IMG/VR virus record: IMGVR_UViG_2706794683_000007
Origin: a virus
Taxonomy: Duplodnaviria > Heunggongvirae > Uroviricota > Caudoviricetes
Direction: 5' to 3' (one strand)
DNA length: 4,136 nucleotides
This document shows positions 1-4,136 of the stretch, one piece after another. The position numbers and the translations under genes were made by a program. The notes under the pieces were generated by a model, which ran no database searches, was not told the origin of the DNA, and worked only from the letters and a program-made list of their open reading frames with translations. Numbering within the stretch: the first letter of the stretch is position 1; every line of letters begins with the position of its first letter.

Positions 1-51
1 GGGGAATATCTCCCCGGCAGCCTTCAGGGAAAAATATCATCAGATGGCTGC

Positions 52-447
52 TTAAAAAAAGAACAAATGGTAGTGTCCGCTATTGCCAGTACACCTCAAT
101 TGCTCTGCGGCTTCGCTCAGAGCTGGCGTATGTTCCCGGCCTACTGATTCACACAGGTAATCAACGAAACCGGACACCAGTTTTCGTTCGCGAGGCGTGA
201 TCGCCCCACCGACCGGAGTCCAGTAATCGAAACCCAGTTGCAGGAGTTTGAAAAAACGCTTGTGGAATGCGTAGTTACACACACGCTTAAAGTCTGCGTG
301 TATCCACTCACCTATTTTGATTTGATGCAGAAAATCGCAACTCTCCGGCGTCGCCGGGAGAAGTAATCCGGAAGAGGTTTGTTTGACCAGTTGTATATGT
401 GCCATCGGCTTTCTCCGGTGGCACGGTGTTACACAGCAGGAGTTCAA
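52..447 (-). CDS. Hypothetical phage protein (117-131 aa); family not recognised
   Basis: Open minus-strand frame with TAA stop at 52-54. The ATG at 447-445 overlaps the upstream stop (ATGA, 444-447). An internal ATG at 405-403 is preceded by GGAGAAAGCCG, a plausible RBS, so the true start may be 405 (product MAHIQLVKQ...). Same orientation and tight spacing with the upstream gene. Confidence 0.6.
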   Translation of the reverse strand: MNSCCVTPCHRRKPMAHIQLVKQTSSGLLLPATPESCDFLHQIKIGEWIHADFKRVCNYAFHKRFFKLLQLGFDYWTPVGGAITPRERKLVSGFVDYLCESVGREHTPALSEAAEQLRCTGNSGHYHLFFF

Positions 448-731
448 TCCTGCTCAAGATTGTAGATGAGTTTATTCTTCAGCAAAAGCAGAAAACCAGC
501 CTTAAAACCAATCTCTTTCAAAACCCGTAATGATGTGACAAATTCGTCCTCACGCAAAATAAAACCGTCCGTCAGAAGTCCATTACAAAAATAAAATAAC
601 ACAGCACCGCTCTTCCTTTGTTGAGATTGCAAACATCTAATGCGGCAATGGCTGACAATCGCTCCATTCTCAACGCGCACAGCATAGAGGCCATTTTCAC
701 TAAAAATTTCACGCAATTCTTCGATTTTCAT
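444..731 (-). CDS. Hypothetical protein (95 aa); family not recognised
   Basis: ATG at 731-729 preceded by GGAAGGATTCTGAAG (SD-like GGAAGGA, about 8 nt spacing). Stop overlaps the start of the next gene (ATGA). Confidence 0.6.
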   Translation of the reverse strand: MKIEELREIFSENGLYAVRVENGAIVSHCRIRCLQSQQRKSGAVLFYFCNGLLTDGFILREDEFVTSLRVLKEIGFKAGFLLLLKNKLIYNLEQD

Positions 732-812
732 CTTCAGAATCCTTCCAGATAAATAGCTCTCCCCTGTTCGGGGTCCATCCCTCTTCTCCCTGCGCGCTAC
801 TTAAGTGAGTCG

Positions 813-840
813 ATTCTATCTGCGAAGGTGCGCGAATCAA
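813..840 (-). promoter_or_regulatory. Candidate sigma70 promoter for the two-gene operon starting at 731
   Basis: Minus strand reads TTGATT (plus 840-835), a 16 nt spacer, then TAGAAT (plus 818-813). It lies just downstream of the hok terminator and about 80 nt upstream of the ATG at 731. Hexamer match only. Confidence 0.3.
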
Positions 841-849
841 ATTCACCGG

Positions 850-905
850 AAATAAACAACAAAAAACCCGCCGAAACGCTGAGAGATCACAGCGATGGGC
901 GGGTT
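850..905 (-). terminator. Rho-independent terminator at the 3' end of the hok transcript
   Basis: Minus-strand RNA: AACCCGCC (rc of 898-905) pairs with GGCGGGUU (rc of 865-872), an 8 bp GC-rich stem. The loop holds an inner 5 bp stem (877-881 / 890-894). The stem is followed directly by a U-rich tract UUUUGUUGUUUAUUU (rc of 850-864). Confidence 0.6.
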
Positions 906-909
906 AAGT

Positions 910-972
910 GCGGGTGCGTTGAGGATGCCTGACACATCAGAGGTGGGCGGGGATGGGATCAGCTCCCCGCCC
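910..972 (-). promoter_or_regulatory. hok mRNA 3' UTR elements: fbi-like sequence complementary to the mRNA 5' end, plus a GC hairpin
   Basis: Plus 910-924 (GCGGGTGCGTTGAGG) is the inverted complement of plus 1295-1308 (CCTCAAGCACCCGC): 8 + 6 bp with a 1 nt bulge, about 385 nt apart, both inside the predicted hok transcript. A perfect 8 bp inverted repeat GGGCGGGG (945-952) / CCCCGCCC (965-972) sits just 3' of the hok stop. Both resemble the fold-back-inhibition architecture of plasmid R1 hok mRNA. Confidence 0.45.
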
Positions 973-980
973 GGTCACTC

Positions 981-1136
981 TTACTTCCTGGATTCGTAGT
1001 CTACGAAGACAGCGACCTCCGTCTGGCCGGTTCGGATTCGTACCTCACAGAGGTCTTTCCTCGTTACCAGTGCCGTCACTATGACGGTTAAACAGATGAC
1101 GATCAGGGCGATTAACATCGCCTTTTGCTGCTTCAT
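981..1136 (-). CDS. hok: Hok/Gef-family type I toxin (51 aa small membrane protein)
   Basis: Translation is MKQQKAMLIALIVICLTVIVTALVTRKDLCEVRIRTGQTEVAVFVDYESRK: a hydrophobic transmembrane segment followed by the conserved C-x(n)-C periplasmic tail typical of Hok/Gef/RelF. From memory it closely resembles E. coli HokD. AAGGAG lies 9 nt upstream of the ATG at 1136-1134. The ORF track extends the same frame to an ATG at 1193 (70 aa), which I read as leader sequence. Confidence 0.85.
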   Translation of the reverse strand: MKQQKAMLIALIVICLTVIVTALVTRKDLCEVRIRTGQTEVAVFVDYESRK

Positions 1137-1149
1137 AGCCTGCTTCTCC

Positions 1150-1255
1150 TTGCCTTTCGGCATGTAAGAGGCTAACCTACATGTGCAAAGCATGAAATTG
1201 GCCTCAGATTAATGTTAAGCGTCTTGCCGGACGCGTAATGTTAACTGGGGCTTTT
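1150..1255 (+). ncRNA. sok: Putative Sok-like antisense RNA region (position inferred, boundaries uncertain)
   Basis: By analogy with hok/sok loci, a short antisense RNA should be encoded opposite the hok leader. A weak plus-strand promoter candidate is TTGCCT (1150-1155), 17 nt spacer, TAACCT (1173-1178). A transcript from about 1185 would be antisense to the upstream in-frame ATG at 1193 and its SD-like GAGG. No clean terminator was found. Confidence 0.25.
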
Positions 1256-1294
1256 CTCTATCTGCCTTTTGGTGTTCATGCCTGAAGCAGATAG

Positions 1295-1342
1295 CCTCAA
1301 GCACCCGCAGTCATTCTACTTACCTCGCCAATATGAAATCAA
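1295..1342 (-). promoter_or_regulatory. hok promoter and mRNA 5' end (tac-like element)
   Basis: Minus strand reads TTGATT (plus 1342-1337), 18 nt spacer, TAGAAT (plus 1318-1313), giving a predicted start near 1306-1309. The predicted 5' end GCGGGUGCUUGAGGCU resembles the start of R1 hok mRNA as I recall it, and is complementary to the 3' element at 910-924. Confidence 0.45.
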
Positions 1343-1363
1343 TCAGAAAGGTGCCCCATAAAA

Positions 1364-2050
1364 TCACTCCTTCTCTTCTTTACCGTAGTGGAGTTGACCA
1401 ATTTTGATAAGAGGGCGTCCCTGAGATTTGCGGTGTAGATTGGTATCGCGCAGAGAATACACACAGCCACAATATTCCTGCTGATAGAATTTTTCGCGCT
1501 TGCTGATTTCAATCATACGGGACGAGCCGCCCTGCTTGCGCCAGTTATAATCCCAGTACACCATGCCCGGATAATGCGCGACGGCTCGCCGCCCACAGTC
1601 GTTAACCTGCTGCATATTTTTCCAGCGTGAAATGCCCAGTGAACTGCTGATCACACTGAAACCATTTTCAGCGGCGTACAGCGCTGTCCGCTCAAAACGC
1701 ATGTCAAAACACATGGTGCAACGGATCCCTCGTTCGGGCTCCCATTCCATTCCTTTGGCTCGTTCAAACCAGTTGTCTGTGTCGTAATCAGCATCAATAA
1801 ACGGCACGCCGTGTTGTTCAGCAAAGCGAATATTCTCATCCTTACGAATTAAATACTCTTTCTGAGGATGAATGTTCGGGTTGTAGAAAAAGATGGTGTA
1901 GTCGATTCCCGAGGCCTGAAGCGCCTCCATCACCTCACCGGAACATGGAGCACAGCAAGAGTGCAGTAGTAGTTTGTTTGCCCCGTTTGGGAGCTCCAAT
2001 TTGGGCCGTTTGAAATCAGCAACTGTCATAAATATGTTTATTGGGGTCAT
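1364..2050 (-). CDS. queH: QueH-like (DUF208) putative epoxyqueuosine reductase / Fe-S enzyme homolog
   Basis: 228 aa ORF with [11 protein letters not shown] near the N-terminus (Cys32/33/36), CTMC (Cys111/114) and EYCGCVYS near the C-terminus (Cys194/196), which match my recollection of DUF208/QueH conserved cysteine motifs. There is no obvious SD before either the ATG at 2050 or the in-frame ATG at 2029, so the start is uncertain. Family call is from recalled motifs only. Confidence 0.7.
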   Translation of the reverse strand: MTPINIFMTVADFKRPKLELPNGANKLLLHSCCAPCSGEVMEALQASGIDYTIFFYNPNIHPQKEYLIRKDENIRFAEQHGVPFIDADYDTDNWFERAKGMEWEPERGIRCTMCFDMRFERTALYAAENGFSVISSSLGISRWKNMQQVNDCGRRAVAHYPGMVYWDYNWRKQGGSSRMIEISKREKFYQQEYCGCVYSLRDTNLHRKSQGRPLIKIGQLHYGKEEKE

Positions 2051-2197
2051 AAAAATATCAAAGAGTGTAGCATTAGAACGGGGCTATCGGAAACAGATGT
2101 GTGACTGCTCCCCGCCCTTTCGGGTGGTCTCCTGATGATTTGAGGGTGCAGAAATCCCTCCGGTTAAGGATTAAATTTTTAACAGTGCTAAATTTAA

Positions 2198-2554
2198 TTA
2201 TTCAGTTCTGGATTTTGTCGCCCTGCGTATCCGCGCTTTCGCGTTACGCTCAATCTGTATCAGCTTTTCTATATTTCTCCGCCTTTCCTGTTCCTCCTGG
2301 CGCAATAGCCTTACATCATCTGCCAGTCTGGTTTCTCTTTTTGCCACAGAGAGCATCCAGTCAAACGGCTCCACAACCGCACCGCAGATTTTACAGCGGA
2401 CCTGACGCTCTTTTTCGTCAACCCGTACAGAGGCGTGATGGCAATATGGTCTTTCCGATGGCTCATAAAGAAAATTAACCTGATTACGAGGGTCATCCTC
2501 TTTTACCGGAAATAAAACGATATTGCTTAACTCATCTTCTGGTTTTATTTCCAT
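2198..2554 (-). CDS. Hypothetical small Zn-ribbon-like protein with basic coiled-coil C-terminus (118 aa)
   Basis: ATG at 2554-2552 is preceded by AAGGAGAGGAGC, a strong SD. Product starts MEIKPEDEL and contains C-H-H ... C-x-x-C (YCHHASVRVDEKERQVRCKICG) followed by an Arg/Glu-rich helical tail. The ORF track's longer form starts at 2611, where ATG abuts the upstream TGA (TGAATG); either start is possible. Confidence 0.7.
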   Translation of the reverse strand: MEIKPEDELSNIVLFPVKEDDPRNQVNFLYEPSERPYCHHASVRVDEKERQVRCKICGAVVEPFDWMLSVAKRETRLADDVRLLRQEEQERRRNIEKLIQIERNAKARIRRATKSRTE

Positions 2555-2611
2555 GCTCCTCTCCTTTGATGCGAATGCCAGCGGTAATTGAAGCCTGATA
2601 GCTAATTTCAT

Positions 2612-3034
2612 TCACAGTATCGCCTCCTGAAAATTACCCTGATAGAAAGCCAGTACACGCTGCATAGCTTCGCTCTTCCGGCACTCGCGACAGATTATAT
2701 TCAGGCGCCTGTCGTAGCGGCGTATTTCTCCGTCAGGTAATGACCAGATAAGGTCCGGATCAACAACAACCGGTTTCCTCACCTTTACTCTCGAGAGTTT
2801 TTTGCGGGCGCTTTGCCAGTCCTTGCGAGCCTGTTCAGACGGGAATAAGCCGTAGCCAGAATTATATACATCACCACTTGCGACCAGTTCTATGCATAAG
2901 CGACCGACAGACGCACGACTGATACCTGTTTCATCTGACAACTGCCGAATCGTGACCCGACCGTCCTGATGCACGAGTTCCACAATTCGCGTCTTCAGTT
3001 CTTCCCGCTGTTCGGGAGTAAAAGGTTTCGCCAT
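2612..3034 (-). CDS. Hypothetical phage protein with N-terminal helix-turn-helix / winged-helix-like segment (140 aa)
   Basis: ATG at 3034-3032 is preceded by CAGGAGGATTT (strong SD), 14 nt after the DnaC-like stop. The segment VTIRQLSDETGISRASVGRLCIELVASG looks like an HTH. The C-terminal half is basic and carries a CRECRK motif. Confidence 0.75.
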   Translation of the reverse strand: MAKPFTPEQREELKTRIVELVHQDGRVTIRQLSDETGISRASVGRLCIELVASGDVYNSGYGLFPSEQARKDWQSARKKLSRVKVRKPVVVDPDLIWSLPDGEIRRYDRRLNIICRECRKSEAMQRVLAFYQGNFQEAIL

Positions 3035-3048
3035 AAATCCTCCTGAAA

Positions 3049-3666
3049 CTACTTAACAACCCTCGAATGGCTAACATTCGGACGCCAGCTCTCCCAGTTA
3101 AAATTCACCCAGCGNNNNNNNNNNNNNNNNNNNNNNNNNNNNNNNNNNNNNNNNNNNNNNNNNNNNNNNNNNNNNNNNNNNNNNNNNNNNNNNNNNNNNN
3201 NNNNNNNGATAGCTGCCGCTAAGTGATTCTTCCCGGTACCAGGTTTTCCGCTGAACGCAAAATTTGTACACCCGGTCATCAGTTCATCGGCGATGGATTT
3301 CGCCTGGCTTAACGCGTATCGCTGGCCGTCGTTCTGCACCTGGTAATTCGCAAACGAGCATTTACGGTGCAACGGCTGGATGCCTGAGCGATTCAGAATT
3401 TTTTCCACCCGCAACTGGCGNNNNNNNNNNNNNNNNNNNNNNNNNNNNNNNNNNNNNNNNNNNNNNNNNNNNNNNNNNNNNNNNNNNNNNNNNNNNNNNN
3501 NNNATTCATTGGCGATGCTGTGTCGAATCACCTGCTCAGGTGTAAAACCCTGCTGACGGAATTTTTCCAGTTCCCGTATCGCCCCGTTAGCGCCCTGCTC
3601 CGTTCGAATCGGTTTTCGCAATGCCTGTCTGAACCGGACCCACTCATGCCAGAGTGTTTCCGGCAA
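3049..3666 (-). CDS. DnaC-like (AAA+, IstB/DnaC family) helicase loader, phage-type; interrupted by two N runs, 5' boundary unresolved
   Basis: Walker A FAFSGKPGTGKNHLAAAI is encoded at about 3208-3261. NRSGIQPLH...CSFANY and the C-terminal WVNFNW both parallel E. coli DnaC as I recall it (NRSGIRPLH, GKPGTGKNHLAAAI, WVIFNW). The ORF-track start at 3666 is a TTG, and the frame is open upstream to a stop at 3733-3735, so the 5' part may belong to the upstream replication gene. N runs at 3115-3207 and 3421-3503 are translated as X. Confidence 0.75.
   Translation of the reverse strand: MPETLWHEWVRFRQALRKPIRTEQGANGAIRELEKFRQQGFTPEQVIRHSIANEXXXXXXXXXXXXXXXXXXXXXXXXXXXXRQLRVEKILNRSGIQPLHRKCSFANYQVQNDGQRYALSQAKSIADELMTGCTNFAFSGKPGTGKNHLAAAIXXXXXXXXXXXXXXXXXXXXXXXXXXXXXXXRWVNFNWESWRPNVSHSRVVK
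3115..3207. other. Run of 93 N (unresolved or masked bases) inside the DnaC-like ORF
   Basis: Directly visible. It replaces the region where Walker B, sensor and arginine-finger motifs would be expected. Confidence 0.99.
3421..3503. other. Run of 83 N (unresolved or masked bases)
   Basis: Directly visible. It lies at the probable junction between the replication-initiator C-terminal region and the DnaC-like N-terminus. Confidence 0.99.
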
Positions 3667-3745
3667 CCAATCGGGCAGCTCAATAGCCTCCGGCTCGAAT
3701 TTTTTAGACGCTCGTTTTTGGCGAGGGGGAGATCAGTATTTAGAT

Positions 3746-3765
3746 CTTCCTCTTCCTCTTCCTCT
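3746..3765. repeat. Hexanucleotide tandem repeat (CTTCCT)x3, encoding poly-Glu on the minus strand
   Basis: Plus 3746-3765 is cttcct cttcct cttcct ct; on the minus strand this is GAG GAA x3 (EEEEEE) in the open linker frame. Confidence 0.8.
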
Positions 3766-3766
3766 G

Positions 3767-3857
3767 GTAACGCTTTTTGATCCGTTTGTGTAACGCTGGC
3801 AGCGTTACCTTTTCGTTTCAGTTCGCGTATTTTTGTTACTCGCTCGTTTGTAACCGC
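3767..3857. repeat. Iteron-like repeat cluster and 19 bp palindrome; candidate phage replication origin inside the initiator gene
   Basis: CGTTTG/CGTTTC occurs at 3783, 3814 and 3845, exactly 31 bp apart. Associated GTAAC(C)GC / GCGTTAC motifs occur at 3767, 3790, 3802, 3835 and 3850. A 9+1+9 palindrome GTAACGCTGGCAGCGTTAC spans 3790-3808. Three GATC sites fall within 3731-3782. Confidence 0.25.
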
Positions 3858-4136
3858 CCGTTTTTTTTAGAGCTTTTTCCGTTATGACGTTCAAAGTTAG
3901 GTAGAGAAAGCCCTCCGTCATTTTCGACCAGCCATCCAACCTGAATTAACGCATCAGCAAAACCAGACATAAAAGTGATGCGATCTATTGCACTTTTTGT
4001 AACGCCGCGAGCGTTACAATCTGCATTACCGTCTATCATTTGTTGATCCGCCCATGCCCAGAAGCGAATAACCTGAGGTAGCCTGAGTTTAACGGACACT
4101 CCTTCCTGAAATAGAATGGCATCAGAAGGAGCTAAT
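3836..4136 (-). CDS. Phage replication-initiation protein, N-terminal domain (possibly DUF1376/YdaU-like); 5' partial
   Basis: ORF 3836-4099 (GTG at 4099) translates to MSVKLRLPQVIRFWAWADQQMIDG...GWLVENDGGLSLPNFERHNGKSSKKNGRLQTSE. The frame stays open upstream to the window edge (4136), and the SD-like AGGAAGGA abuts the GTG with no spacing, so the true start is probably outside the window. It sits directly upstream of a DnaC-like gene, as in Rac-type replication modules. Confidence 0.55.
   Translation of the reverse strand, partial: LAPSDAILFQEGVSVKLRLPQVIRFWAWADQQMIDGNADCNARGVTKSAIDRITFMSGFADALIQVGWLVENDGGLSLPNFERHNGKSSKKNGRLQTSE

Larger units (their letters stand above)
3667..3868 (-). 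pseudogene. Linker region of the replication-initiator gene that is only continuous through two frameshifts
   Basis: On the minus strand the N-terminal domain frame ends at TAA 3838-3836. A second frame is open from 3866 to about 3700 (KKRAVTNERVTKIRELKRKGNAASVTQTDQKALPEEEEEEDLNTDLPLAKNERLKN). A third frame is open from 3732 into the DnaC-like ORF (SKKFEPEAIELPDWLPETLWHEW...). The two switch points coincide with homopolymers: T8 at 3861-3868 and T6 at 3700-3705 (A runs on the coding strand). Confidence 0.4.

Noticed and set aside
1-15. Inverted repeat GGGGA-ATATC-TCCCC at the window edge
   Set aside because: It is a 5 bp stem cut by the window boundary with no U tract visible; too little context to call a terminator.
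981-1193. 70 aa extended Hok ORF from the ORF track
   Set aside because: The Hok family is about 50 aa, and a strong SD precedes the internal ATG at 1136. The extension is kept only as a possible mok-like leader frame, not as the primary CDS.
1651-1839. Minus-strand ORF of 62 aa
   Set aside because: It is nested out of frame inside the QueH-like CDS, which carries the conserved cysteine motifs; no RBS.
2110-2126. Hairpin CCGCCC-TTTC-GGGTGG between the Zn-ribbon and QueH-like genes as a terminator
   Set aside because: The stem is short and imperfect and is not followed by a U tract on either strand. It may be a structural element but is not called as an intrinsic terminator.
2101-2478. Plus-strand ORF of 125 aa
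   Set aside because: It is antisense to the better-supported minus-strand Zn-ribbon CDS, has no RBS, and its translation is low-complexity (Pro/Ser/Leu/Phe-rich), typical of an antisense artefact.
2311-2496. Minus-strand ORF of 61 aa
   Set aside because: It lies in an alternative frame nested inside the 2198-2554 CDS, with no independent start signals.
3264-3780. Plus-strand ORFs of 93 aa and 86 aa
   Set aside because: Both are antisense to the DnaC-like and replication-linker coding regions. One spans an N run, and the poly-Ser stretch is simply the antisense of the poly-Glu-encoding CTTCCT repeat.
1-4136. tRNA, rRNA, CRISPR array, IS element or integrase
   Set aside because: No cloverleaf-like conserved tRNA motifs, no direct repeat-spacer arrays, and no terminal inverted repeats or transposase/integrase-like ORFs were seen. 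The only repeats are the short ones reported in the replication region.

Overview
This 4.1 kb window reads as the early/replication-proximal region of a lambdoid prophage from an Escherichia-like enterobacterium, with every credible gene on the minus strand. Reading 5'->3' on the minus strand (4136 -> 1): a 5'-partial replication-initiator N-terminal domain, a linker region that only stays open through two homopolymer frameshifts, a DnaC-like helicase loader interrupted by two N runs, a helix-turn-helix protein, a small Zn-ribbon/coiled-coil protein, a QueH-like (DUF208) cysteine-rich enzyme, a hok/sok-type type I toxin locus with its promoter, terminator and 5'/3' fold-back complementarity, and two small hypothetical genes. 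No tRNA, rRNA, CRISPR array or transposase was seen. The points most worth a second look are the QueH-like enzyme sitting next to hok in a replication module, the uncharacterised HTH + Zn-ribbon gene pair, and an iteron-like repeat cluster with GATC sites inside the replication gene. Family assignments come from recalled motifs, not searches, and the N runs limit what can be said about the DnaC-like gene.
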